In this document: piece by piece, positions 41,055 to 57,955 of the stretch
Layout: every line of letters begins with the position of its first letter
Position numbering within the stretch: position 1 is the first letter of the stretch
Source: Macrostomum lignano
Taxonomy: Eukaryota
Direction: 5' to 3'
NCBI GenBank assembly: GCA_002269645.1
Contig: NIVC01000709.1
Span: 1-64,000 of the forward strand
DNA length: 64,000 bases
Made by a program: the position numbers and the translations under genes
Notes under the pieces: generated by a model
The model's database searches: none
Told to the model about the DNA's origin: nothing
What the model saw: the letters and a program-made list of their open reading frames with translations, nothing else

Positions 41055-42093
41055 CGAGGGGTGTCCCAAAAGTTCCCGGAATGTCTAACGTAGCTCTTCA
41101 ACGGAGCCATGATGTTTCACGCCCAAATGAAAGGAAGTTTTGTCACGAAGAAAATGAAGTTAAAAGCATGTTGATATCTGTTTTTATTCAGGAGCTGCAG
41201 CAAGAAACGTGCGCAAAGGTCAGGGGTACTGTTACACAACCTCACATATCACTGAAAATAATTTTTCATCTTCATTTTTGGATATTTTCATTTTGAATTC
41301 GTGCTACTAACGTCTCAGAAAGACGTGGTAGTGTCTATGGAAAAAAGCAGAAATGCTCATTAAGCTAATCTGAGCTTTTGCGCGAGTGCAGATAATTCTT
41401 ACCAAGTGCTTGCTTTCAACTTGAAATCTCTTTGCCAAATTGGGTTCTCTTCAGAGCCTCGAAAGTCAGCGAAGTCAAGTTTTTGTCCTTTGGTCAGTAG
41501 GATGGAGTGGGGCCAAGATTTCTGACCACTTATTCTCCATCCTGGCATCCATGGTAAGAAAAGCCTGAAAAAACTGCCATTTACGAATGGATCGAACGCT
41601 TTAGAGACGGTCCAGAAAATTCGTAGCCGGTGTTCCAGAACCGCAGTGAACTTGAAGGCTTCACTCGTCGCGTCATCCTGCATCATGAAATGCCTCGAAC
41701 TGTTTTTGCCCAGGCCATCGACGGCATGCTTTCAAAGTGGCAGAGGTGTATTCAGCTGAATGGGGACTACGTGGAGAAGCCGCAGGCTGAGCTTGACGAT
41801 TCGCTTTGAATTTTGAATCGGTGCATGTCCCAAGGATTCATCAACGGTATGAACTGTTCTGTGTTTTATTGTTTAAAATCATTGCCATAGATTTTTGAGG
41901 TTGTGTAACAGTACCCCTGACCTTTGCGCACGTTTCTTGCTGCAGCTCCTGAATAAAAACAGATATCAACATGCTTTTAACTTCATTTTCTTCGTGACAA
42001 AACTTCCTTTCATTTGACACCAAGGGCGTGAAACATCATGGCTCCGTTGAAGAGCTACGTTAGACATTCCGGGAACTTTTGGGACACCCCTCG
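41055..42093 (+). mobile_element. Internally deleted mariner element with ~190-bp inverted repeats
   Basis: TA|CGAGGGGTGTCCCAAAAGTT...AACTTTTGGGACACCCCTCG|TA; repeats 41055-41244 and 41896-42093 differ by an 8-bp indel; interior encodes mariner HTH (KTAIYEWIERFRDG) and C-terminus (AIDGMLSKWQRCIQLNGDYVEK). Confidence 0.92.
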
Positions 42094-42709
42094 TAATAAG
42101 CACAATGCTTACATAGGGGCAAAGAAAGGAATTTTGTTAGGCTAGGGTACTAAGTATAAGCTTGCAATTAGAGGCCTTAAATGCTGAACAAATAAGAGGA
42201 AGGGGATAAGCTTAATGGTTCCAAAAAGAAGTTTGGGGATTCCACTTGAGTATTTAATAGGGATGCAATTCTATTCAAGTTGTCAGGAAAGGACATGCTA
42301 AATAAGGCTCTCAAGTCAAACTCTTAAATGGAGAGTTTTCACATAATCGAAAAGATGGGTGCACTTGGTGGTGGCAATTAAACACCAGGTATATGATGTA
42401 TCACTATTAAATTATAGTGAACCAAAATATAATGGGGTGAGAGTCCTATAGTTATACCAGGGGAGGGAGACGATTTCCATTCAAGGAAAACTTGACATCA
42501 TTGTATGCACAAGAAAATGGTTTACATAGAAAAGAAAAGTTTGGGTGGAAATGGGAGGCTTCAGTCACTGTTGGAGGCCTCACGAGGATTCAAGGTTGTT
42601 AAATATCAGTGTAAAATGTGATAATCCTGTGTGGCTGTACACCCTCAGTACACGTCTGTATGTGTGTATCCTTTTGCCCATGCAAAATAGCTTTTTGTTG
42701 GTATTTCAG

Positions 42710-47666
<4,957 letters not shown>

Positions 47667-47814
47667 GTCGGCCGGTGGCTTTGCCGGGCCGGCGAACCTC
47701 GGACCTTCGACTTCATGCTTGTGTTGTCTGAAAGCTGAATGGTCATTCCGTGTTCAGCTTGAAAACTGCTGTTGTCATTGTCAATCTAGACTTGTTTGGC
47801 CTCTCCGATTTTCC

Positions 47815-48215
47815 CTTATCAGAATCGCCCTACAGAATCGCCCTTGACAAAGCAGTTCTACGGAATCGCCCTACAAAATCGCCCTTGACAGAATCGGCCT
47901 TGACAAAATCGCCCTTGACAGAATCGCCCTTGACAGAATCGCCCTTGACAGCATCACCCTTTACAGAATCGCCCTTGACAGCATCGCCCTTTACAGAATC
48001 GCCCTTGACAAAGCAGTTCTACGGAATCGCCCTACAGAATCGCCCTTGACAAAGCAGCCCTATGGAATCGCCCTACAAAATCGCCTTACATAATCACCCT
48101 ACGAAATCGCTTTTGACAGAATTGCCCTACAAAATCGCCTTTGACAAAATCGCCTTTGACAAAATCGCCCTTGACAAAATCGCCCTTGACAGAATCGCCC
48201 TGACAGAATCGCAAT
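47815..48215. repeat. 15-bp diverged minisatellite (GAATCGCCCTTGACA) downstream of DDX41
   Basis: Repeated aatcgccc(t/c) cores at ~15-bp spacing. Confidence 0.9.
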
Positions 48216-48899
48216 TCACATTGAAATCGCATTCACAGCCTGACGCTTACTGCCATTAAATATTGGGCAGTTGCAAATGTTGGCAAAGTGTAAGTGCATA
48301 TTCTGATTTATGTAAAATATACCGAACGTGTAAATTATGTTACGCCAATAAAAGTGCAAATTAAATTGCATCTCACTGGTCCACCCAGTACTTTGTTTTG
48401 CTCCTTTATTGCATGTACAATTCAGCGCCTGTCTTCTTGTATAGGGAGTTCCGGGGCAGCAGGGAAGCTAGAAGTTTGTCATGCCAAGCAGCCGAGCACC
48501 AATGCAGTGCAAATTGTGAAACCTAGACTAGACTGACTTAGTGTTGCTGAGTTTGATCTAATTTACTATCGGAAAGGCCAACTCAGTCAAGACAGCGAGA
48601 CGCCGGTTGGGTTATAATTTACTACTCGGTGTAACAATTAGTATAACAACAACTTGGAATCGAATTTGCTAAGCGAACAATTTTTTGACGCAGCTGCTCT
48701 CTCGATCGGTTCAACCATGGCTGCCTTGAAGTTCTTCGATTTTGCCTTTGTTGCTATGGTGACCGGGATGCTGATTATTGTATCCGATTATTCCGCTGCT
48801 AAGGAGGCGACGTGTAAGTTTCATGTGCTAATACGATCGGTGCGACATGAGGTATCGGGACTGTGCCTTTAGTCTCGGCTGTGAGGTCTTTAGAAAGTC

Positions 48900-49320
48900 A
48901 CTCCGCTTCGAACTCTTCAAAGCAAGCAATTACTCATCACCCCTGCAGTCAATGCAACGCTGAATTTCCGTCCTGCCATGCCTTGAAGCACTGACGAAAT
49001 TCTTTGATACCCCCGAACGTGGTGGTCCCTGACGCCTGACGACCACGACTTCTTGGAACAGGTCATGACTTAGGTGACGAATCATGTGGTTTCTCAGTAT
49101 GACCCTGAAACAAAAAGCCAGCAGTGGATGGCTATCGCCAGATTTACATATGTAACCTCGATCAGGAAAGGCGCGCACGCCAAAGACGAAGGTTAGTGTC
49201 ATGTTAATCGCTTTTTGACTCCAACGGACTTGTAGTGCCGTCACAAGTCTGTGTCTGAAGGTCAAACTGTTGGCAGTACTTCTACTCGTGCTGCTCCATT
49301 TGGCCCTACAGAATTTCCTG
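48900..49320 (+). mobile_element. Degenerate mariner transposase fragment
   Basis: With a frameshift: GDES...VSQYDPETKSQQW (first catalytic Asp motif), then DSNGLV...VSEGQTV...FY; stops present; TIRs not found. Confidence 0.68.
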
Positions 49321-50624
49321 TAATTTGGGCTCACCTCGTCAGATTTTGGGGCTCCGCATGCTTCAATTCTTATGTTGAATAGTCAGCCTGATGAAGCATG
49401 CAATTGCCAAACTGAACCGCCCTTTCCCAGATGAAGCCGAGATGGACATCATGGAATCCTTCGCTGTGCAGGAAGATGTCCACCACTTGCCGGATATGAA
49501 TCATTTGCATCATCAGCATCATCATCATCGTCACGACGATGAAGACGATCTCGATGAGCACTTGCATCTGGACGCTCCGGCGCCTACGGAGGCGGAGACT
49601 GCGGCGTCGACGACGCCGGCCACCGCAGCGCCCAGCGTCCCGAAATTTCGATCGCGATTCGGTGGTTTCTCCGGCACCGGCAGTTACAAGAAGAAGCTGT
49701 CGCGCAGGTTAGCCGCGACCTTTCACCTGCGAATTCACTACGCTCACGCAGGCCCCTGACTTTCTATAATCGTCAGGCAGATTGAGCCTAATTGGGGTTG
49801 GACCTCATAGATATGATCGAATCCCAGGACAACCTTCTGGCCAACTGTTGTACACACAAGCCCCCCAAATGAATGTGGTTACCTCTGAGCTGTTCCGACC
49901 CTGTGCAAATTCCCTTCATGAGTACGGAGTAATGAATATGCTCGATCGTGAATGTGAAAACCTGACCAGCATCAACATCCGATATCATTCCCGCAGACGC
50001 TGCCGCAAGTACAGGTTCACCGGCCGTAAACTGGTCTGCGTTTCCTACTTCAAAAACTAAACCAACTATCACTAGTGCAGTTGAACTTTTACGAGTATTG
50101 ACAGGAGCTGCTGACTGTGTTCTGAAATGCTTCAAGCTTCAATAAATATACAACACATGTACAATTGCGTTCAAGCATATGCAGCAGTTTTTGTGTAACA
50201 ATATCCTGTCCGAAATTTGTTTTGAGTGCGACCATGCAGTAATAGGACTGTAATTACAAGTCACTAACGCAATTTTGTTAAAAAGAGACGATGTTTTTTT
50301 GCTAAAATGTATAATTTAAACCGTTTTGAGCAGATTGGCCTCATGAAAAAGCGAAACAATGAAATAACTATAAATACCCATGGGTTTCCTCTGCCTAGCA
50401 AGCGGCATCAGATAGCAGAGGAGCGCCATGGGGGCAGCAAAGCGTTCACCAAACGCTTAAAGATGGCTTGAAGAAGATAGCCTGGACTGAACAAGCCGCG
50501 GGTCGGCGTCCTTGATGTTGAGGACTCGGGGGGAAAAAGCGTTGATCAAATCATCGATTTCTGCTGGATTTTCCACGATAGCTTTCCCCATTCATCTTTA
50601 CATAGAGTTTGGCTGTTTGTGACT

Positions 50625-50638
50625 GTTGCCATGGCAAC
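50625..50638. promoter_or_regulatory. Perfect palindromic RFX X-box (GTTGCCATGGCAAC)
   Basis: Exact 14-bp match to the RFX consensus palindrome; function not shown. Confidence 0.45.
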
Positions 50639-50811
50639 TTCTGGATAGAAATGAATACATAAAATACCTGCGGGTCTGAGCTGAAGCCAGCGAATTTTTG
50701 GGACTGAAAGCCTCTGGGAATCTATGCTGATTAAGGACTGGAATTCACGTCGGAATGTTCTGGCTAGCCGGTAAGCAAATGCTGCTGATGTGCCTAACTT
50801 GTCTGTCTTTA

Positions 50812-51506
50812 CCTGCTGACTGCCTGCTGAGTGCCTGCTGACTGCCTGCTGACTGCCTGTTGACTGCCTGTTGACTGCCTGCTGACTGCCTGTTGAGGGT
50901 CTGCTGAGTGCCTGTTGGATGCCTGCATGCAAGGACTTCTTGCAGATGTTCTTGCCTGCATGTTGACTACCTGGGAGGGCCTGCTGAGTGCCTGCTGAGT
51001 GCCTGCTGACCTGCTGACTACCTGCTGACTGCCTGCTGAGTGCCTGCTGACTACCTTCTGAGTGCCTGCTGACTACCTGCTGAGTGCCTGCTGACTACCT
51101 TCTGAGTGCCTGCTGACTACCTTCTGAGTGCCTGCTGACTACCTTCTGAGTGCCTGCTGACTACCTTCTGAGTGCCTGCTGACTACCTTCTGAGTGCCTG
51201 CTGACTACCTGCTGAGTGCCTGCTGAGTGCCTGCTGAGTGCCTGTTGACTGCCTGCTGACTGCCTGCTGACTGCCTGCTGAGTGCCTGCTGACTGCCTGC
51301 TGAGTGCCTGCTGAGTGCCTGCTGACTGCCTGCTGAGTGCCTGCTGACTACCTGCTGAGTGCCTGCTGAGTGCCTGCTGAGTGCCTGCTGACTGCCTGCT
51401 GAGTGCCTGCTGACTACCTGCTGAGTGCCTGCTGAGTGCCTGCTGACTGCCTGCTGAGTGCCTGCTGAGTGCCTGCTGAGTGCCTGCTGAGTGCCTGCTG
51501 ACTGCC
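50812..51506. repeat. 11-bp minisatellite (TGCCTGCTGA[C/G])
   Basis: Tandem copies running directly into the first recognisable exon of the Gly-rich gene. Confidence 0.94.
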
Positions 51507-54112
51507 TTGGCAACGAGCTCATCAATTCACTCTGCGCTACCGCCGCCAGTGCCGCTTTTTCTTCTCCTGGCCGAGTCCGCAAGCCAGCTGCTGGCAGCGG
51601 AAGCCCCAGAGCGGCTGTTCAAACTCTCCAAGCCAGTCCAGCTGGACAACTCAAGCAGCAACGAGCTGCTCAGCTTCTCAGAGCTCAACATGTCGCGCAT
51701 TTACTGCGCCCATCGCTGCAGCCAGCTGTCCGGGTGCGTCGCCGCCGTCCTCAGCGGCAACCGCAGCCTCTGCCGGGTGCTGCGGCTGCTGCAGTCGCCT
51801 GGACCGGCCGGCAGTCACGTGACCAGGCAACTGGGAGCCGAGCCTGGCGATGAGCTGTGGCTGGCAGAAGATTTTGGAGAAAGGATTGAGCAGCTGCGAA
51901 TGGCTGTCGAGCCAAGTGAGATTTTGTAAATTTTATAGACGCTCAGGTTTAAATCTCAGGTTTTATTGCGTTACATGATAAAAAATGTAACCATTGAGAA
52001 CGATTTCTGAACCTACTTCTCTGGAGTTCTGAGAGCAACGGCCAATATGCTTAATCTGAGGTTGGGGAGGATGTGGAGAGCAGCTTGAGGGTGTGTGAGG
52101 GGGCAGAGCAGCAGCTCGATGGTCACAGCCATGAGGGCCAACCCACAAGGCACAGGGAGTGCACATGCCTTAAGATTAGAAAGTCAGGACCGCTGTACAC
52201 CCTGCGTGAGTGTGTGTGTGAGCTGTGGCGCTCAGGACTTTGACTTCGTGTTGCAAATGATATGCGCTCTGTCTGTACACATTATACTACGGAACTGACG
52301 CGAGTTAATTTTCATCGTCATCATTTTCAGCTGCCTCGAGCTCGCTTTTTACGGCGGTGAACGGCTCTGAAATCAAGTTCAATGGTGGGTAAAACGGCTC
52401 TGAAATCAAGTGCAATGATGGGTAAAACAGCTCTGAAATCAAGTGCAATGGTGGGTAAAACGGCTCTGAAATCAAGTGCAATGGTGGGTAAAACAGCTCT
52501 GAAATCAAGTGCAATGGTGGGTAAAACGGCTCTGAAATCAAGTGCAATGGTGGGTAAAACGGCTCTGAAATCAAGTTCAATGGTGGGTAAAACAGCTCTG
52601 AAATCAAATGCAATGGTGGGTAAAACAGCTCTGAAATCAAGTGCAATGGTGGGTAAAACGGCTCTGAAATCAAGTGCAATGGTGGGTTGATGGTGATAAT
52701 TTTCACTTGCAGTGAGCGGCACCGGACGGAACGGCTCTGTCCAGCAGGCCGTGGTGACCGTCGCCGGCTGCTACCGGATCGAAGCGTTGGGCGCCAAGGG
52801 CGGCTCTTCAGGGGGCAAAGCAGCCAACAAAGGCGCCTGGATGGCCGGCAACTTCAGCCTCGCCGCGGGCACGCACCTGTCCATTGTGGTCGGGCAGAGC
52901 GGCCAACCCGGAGTTTCCAATGGCGGTGGGGCCGGGGGCGGCGGCTCCTTCGTTTATGGCACCGGCGACGGGTTTCTGTACCTGGCTGCTGGGGGCAGCG
53001 GCGGCTCGTCTTGTCCTTTCCTTTGTAAGCTGCAGCACACATGCAGACTGCAGCACACATGCAGACTGCAGCACACATGCAGACTGCAGCACACATGCAG
53101 ACTGCAGCACACATGCAGACTGCAGCACACATGCAGACTGCAGCACACATGCAGACTGCAGCAAACATGTAGACTGCAGCACACATGCAGACTGCAGCAC
53201 ACATGCAGACTGCAGCACACATGCAGACTGCAGCACACATGCAGACTACAGCTCACATGCAGACTACAGCACACATGCAGACTGCAGCACACATGCAGAC
53301 TGCAGCACACATGCAGACTGCAGCACACATGCAGACTGCAGCACACATGCAGACTGCAGCACACATGCAGACTGCAGCACACATGCAGACTGCAGCACAC
53401 ATGCAGACTGCAGCACACATGCAGACTGCAGCACACATGCAGACTGCAGCACACATGCAGACTGCAGCACGCACGCAGACCACAACACCCAGCGTACAAA
53501 TGCGATAGCTTTCTCATTGTCAGACAAGTACACACGGTACTTTGAGAGCCATCCCTCTGGAGTTGAGCCTGAGTCCTTCTGGCTCGATTTTTACACTCTG
53601 CCAAGACTCAGGCAACCATGATTGTCCCCTTCGCCCCTGCAGCCTATTCGGGACAAGCTGGAGAGAACGGCACCGGCACGCACCCCGACAAGAACCCTCC
53701 GGGAGGCGTTCTCGGCCAGCCCGGGCCTTCGAACTCTGCTACCAGTGGCTACTACGGCGGCCCAGGTGCCGGCTGGCTGAGCGGCGCCAACTCGACTCGA
53801 CGTGAGGACAGGTGCGGCGAGGGCGGCGGCGGCCGCGCCGAAGGATGGGTCGGCGGCCGCGGCTACGCCGGCACCGACGGCGGCTTTGGTGGTGGCGGCG
53901 GCGGTGCCTTTGGCTTCAAAAGCAGCTGCGGTGCCGGCGGCGGAGGCGGTGGCTACAGCGGCGGAGCGGGGGCTGCGACCTACGAAAACACTGGCGGCGG
54001 CGGCGGCTCGTTCTGCGCCGGCAGTGGCTGCGTTGGCATCTCGAACGACGGGCGCAACGGCGAGGAGGGACTCGTGGCGATCCGGCAGCTGAGCACCGGG
54101 AGCTGCGCCTGA
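51507..54112 (+). CDS. Probably secreted protein: PAN/apple-like Cys domain + ALK/LTK-type glycine-rich domain, no TM or kinase. Exons ~51507-51915, 52713-53024, 53643-54112; start not resolved
   Basis: Hydrophobic PLFLLLAESASQLLAAEA; CAHRCSQLSGCVAAVL...CRVL; GCYRIEALGAKGG...GAWMAGNFSLAAGTHLSIVVGQSG...GGGGSFV...LYLAAGGSGG; GAGW...GGFGGGGGG...GGGGGGYSGG...GGGGGSF...GEEGLVAI. Both introns phase 1 (cca a|gtgag..tgcag|tg; ctt t|gtaag..cctgcag|cc). Confidence 0.8.
52355..52688. repeat. 33-bp minisatellite before the acceptor at 52712
   Basis: GGTGGGTAAAACGGCTCTGAAATCAAGTGCAAT, ~10 copies. Confidence 0.95.
53028..53472. repeat. 18-bp minisatellite directly after the donor at 53025
   Basis: GCAGCACACATGCAGACT, ~24 copies. 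Confidence 0.96.
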
Positions 54113-54805
54113 AGCCGCGGCTGCATGCCAGACTGCTGGCCAGACACGCGAAGATTAATGAGCATAAACCCAACAAAGGTTATGTTAGTTAGCTTGTTTC
54201 TATCGTGCCCATTTTCATTTTTTAGGCGTTTTTTAAAGAGAAGACAACTCATAGAAAGAAAAAATAAACACCATGTCAGCCATAATGTGAAAAATTTCTG
54301 AGATGTCAAGTCTCATGGGGGGATTACTGAAATCCTGCGGCTGTTGGGGGGGGGGAGATGCTGAGATGCCAAGAGTCAAGTGGAAGTTATTGGTTAGGGT
54401 TATGGTTAAGCCATGGCCTATAGAGCGGCTTTTGAAGCCAAAAGCTCACAGGGGATGCTGATGTCTTAGGCTAGACAGCTGGCTTTCGGTGATTGATGCT
54501 TTTTTGCTTTAAACATCATTTTCCATGCATATCTCTCCATGACTCTTAGCATAGTAACAAATCTAGTGTACTACATGTACTAGAAGTAACTTTGAAGTAG
54601 TTATCTTCTTCAGAGAAATACACATTTCAAATTAGTTTATGTATATTTGTTATTTTAATATCTGAACAGCTAAGATGAACGTTGTCCATATTTTATTTGA
54701 AAAATAATTTCAGTGAGAAAACCAAGATAATAAATAATTATATAAGATAATATTTATTACTTATTTTAAGATAATAACAAACTTGTATGACAGAACCCGT
54801 CACTT

Positions 54806-55526
54806 CTAGCTGGAATACTTGGCGCAGTACAAGCCGTGCTTGCCAAACTTGTAGTGCAGGCACCTCCTGAAATCGGCACACGGCAGTTGAAATTTATATT
54901 TATATTTTGATTGCTGTGTTATAAACAAGGAGAAGGGATAATTTTGGCCCTACCTGTGCGGCCCAGAGACGAAGTGACCCTTGCGACCGGCGGCTCCAAA
55001 GCCGCGCTTGTCAATCAGGTCATCCAGCCAGTCGGGCGTGTCCTCGTCTGCAAAACCGCGGTTGAGACTTTCAAGTACATTCAATTTCGAATGCAGTTGT
55101 AGAGGAAAAAATTACTCTTGGGGCAGGGGGTCGGCAAACTGGGAGAGAAAAGAGATAGGAGAAAGGAGAGATGAGGGAAGGTGAAGAGACGAGACGAGAC
55201 GAGAGGAGGAATGAAATCGATGAAGGGAGAGGAGAGCTGAGAAGAGACGCAAACTTTGAGCGGGCCGGATTGCTTTTGTGAAGGTTCATAAGGACCCCGA
55301 GGGCCGGATAGAGAGGCTTTGCGGGTCGCATGCGGCATTGAAGACCTGGAATTCGTTTCCAGGTGGAATCGTAAAAGAGGTCCTTAGCTTCAGCTTCCAT
55401 TTGTTAGAGCTATCATTATGTCTCAGACTCACCGTCGGAGCTCTCGGCATCGTCGTAAGCCGGAGCAGCGAGTGTGGCTGCTACCAGCGCCAGAAGCAGC
55501 AGACCGTAGAGTGGCAGTTTGCTCAT
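54806..55526 (-). CDS. 82-aa secreted prepropeptide (signal + acidic pro-piece + KR + 36-aa cationic peptide with one Cys pair). Exons 55526-55433, 55047-54954, 54866-54806
   Basis: Spliced: MSKLPLYGLLLLALVAATLAAPAYDDAESSDDEDTPDWLDDLIDKR|GFGAAGRKGHFVSGPHRRCLHYKFGKHGLYCAKYSS*. Junctions gac g|gtgagt..ttttgcag|ac and cac ag|gtaggg..atttcag|g keep frame; TATA motifs upstream; AATAAA at 54753-54758 (minus strand). Confidence 0.8.
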
Positions 55527-55623
55527 TTTGTGCGGAGTGCGTTGAAATTGTTAATCTGCCTTCAGCTTATAGAGCAGGTCTGAGAAGGGCCTCGCCTCAT
55601 TTCTCAGCTAGAAACTGGAAGGC

Positions 55624-55639
55624 TTTTATATTTTATATA
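55624..55639 (-). promoter_or_regulatory. Tandem TATA boxes ~100 bp upstream of the prepropeptide ATG
   Basis: Minus strand reads TATATAAAATATAAAA. Confidence 0.55.
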
Positions 55640-56374
55640 TTTGAGTAGGGCAGAAATTAGCCTTGCCTCAGACACGTGAATAGAGAAGAGAGCTGCTACG
55701 GCACGTGCTTCTGAAGGAGAGGCTGCTTGTTGTCAAGCCAAGTTCTCTTCTGTGTATTCAAGCTATTCGGCGTATTGTCAGCCTCTCTCCCTCATCACCC
55801 ATAGAGCCTTCATGCATAGACAATGGCTGGCCTGTCATAAGCAATTCTGCAGGCGACCAATGTGCTCAACCGAGTTTAGAATAATTATTAAACTCACGCA
55901 GGGCCCGAACTCCATAGTCTCTGGTTGTTATTTTTTCATCTCGCTTCGATTGCGGCCCCCATCATTGTAGGGGGCTGCATCTCACCTGCAGAGTTTGCAT
56001 TGAGGTGGCTGCTGCTTGAGCAGTGATCTTGTACAGAGCTATAACGATTGCTCCTTTTTTTAGCAGCAGAGTTTCGCATGAAGAAAACTGTTATGGCTCG
56101 CGATTCGTAAGTTATCGAATAGAATCAAGTAAAAGGGGCCTCCCGTCATTTTGTTGCTGAGTCATTCCCTGATTTATATGTACATTTAAATTAAAAAACG
56201 TTCTATCATATTTGTACATGTGCTTCCAATTTGAAGCTTTATGGGCAGACAAACTAAAACGCAAAAATTGATTTAAAAAGCAAATCATTCTCTGATTTAT
56301 TTTTTTAAAGTTTGGCTAAAATTGAATTTGAATTTTGGCTAAAATTTCGACTTTCATAGACATCCCTCGATTGT

Positions 56375-56516
56375 TGCAAGCCGGATGCCCTCCCATGCAC
56401 TTTGTCTCCTAATCCTGTGGCATAGAGCTAGGAGACCACGGTGCATCACAGGTCCACCTTCTGCCCTACTTAAATAAGGCGCGGCACAAACTCCTGACCT
56501 ACATGTAACTGCAGGA
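56375..56516 (+). repeat. Direct repeat copy A (~142 bp)
   Basis: TGCAAGCCGGA(T/C)GCCCTCCCATGC...GGTCCACCTTCTGCCCTACTT...TACATGTAACTGCAGGA, matching 59793-59947 apart from a few substitutions and small indels. Confidence 0.9.
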
Positions 56517-57955
56517 CATGCGTCCTACATGCAGTACTTAAACAGTGATGGGCACCGCTAAATTTATTTTTAGCGCCGCTAATTAGCGCTGTCGTTAACT
56601 GATAGAAGAAAAAAATTAGCGATCGCTGATAGCGGGCGCTATTTCTATTTTGAATTTAGCGCAATTAGCGCCGCTAATTTTGAAATGCGCTAATTAATAA
56701 ATATATTTAATATAAACGGAGCTGTTTGCCTTGAAAAACGTCAAGGGCCATTGCTACTGGGGCCATGGCCTTCTTATACTCAAGAAGGAAGGCGAGATCA
56801 TCAGAAACGGTGGTACGGCATTTCTAAACCCCCCATCACCCTGTTGATAGCCTGTCGCTTCGCATCATCGCTTAGAATATCAACTGAGTTGTTGAACGTT
56901 GAATTCTTTGATTAAATGGTTAAATGAAATGAAATTAATCAATAACTTTTTTGCCAACGAATTAAAAGTAGTTTATAAACTTGATAAAGCCACGTTAAAG
57001 CGAGCGTTAAAGTGTCAACCCCAGCCTGTATATGGACATTCAATGTTATCCTGCCGAGTGCATTAATGTGGGCCATAGAGAGTGCGTGAATGCGGTTGCG
57101 GCCATAGACAAAAAAGAGACTGAATACGAGCTATATTATGACTGACAGGTGGTGTATACGACAATAACAAACGAAGCAATTATATAGAAAAAGAGTAGCA
57201 CAATTGCGGCAGTGTGCGTAGCATAATTCCCTATAAAGAGTATATAGATAAAGCTATGTACCTGTAGTACTTATAAAAATGGCTGGCTGGCTGGCTGGAA
57301 GGCTAGATTGGCTATATTTTAAGGACATTGTGTTTAGCACAATTCCCAAATATTGCGCGACATACCAGCTAGATAGATAGCAAGCAGCAAGTAAAAATTA
57401 TCAATCTGCAATTGTACAGCTATTTCACTAGTTATAAATGCCATGCAACATTGAGCGCTAGAAATATTTTAATGCGCTTTGAACCCTTCAACCTGCAGCC
57501 ATGTCCAACCAACCAGCCGACGAACTATAGCAGCTACTGCAAATATTAAAACCAACACTATACTACTAGTCTAATAAACGCTAGCAAAAATGTTATAACA
57601 ATGGGTGTAAGCAATAAAAAGGGATAGAACGCACAACAACGCGCGCAATATGAGGCGCAGATGCATTGTAATTATGAGATGAAAATATTGAAAAATATTG
57701 GGGCCTACATACACATAAAGGAGAGATGAGACAGTTACATCTGACAAGAGCGACGTAAATCTTGTCTTAATTTTCTTTTGTGTCGTGTCTCCTATTTTTT
57801 CTTTTCGTCTATGATCTGGTCCCACATATTGTGACTTAAAAATTAGCCCCCATTTTGTGCCAGTTCTGGTCTGTATACATAGAGCGTTTCAATGGGTTCA
57901 ATTTTATAATAATATTTTCTATAGTTTATGTTCAAAGTTATCAATCAATTAAGTT

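Noticed and set aside
56543-56700. hAT-like terminus CAGTGATGGGCACCGCTAA with TAGCG subterminal motifs
   Set aside because: No matching opposite end or 8-bp TSD found in the window.
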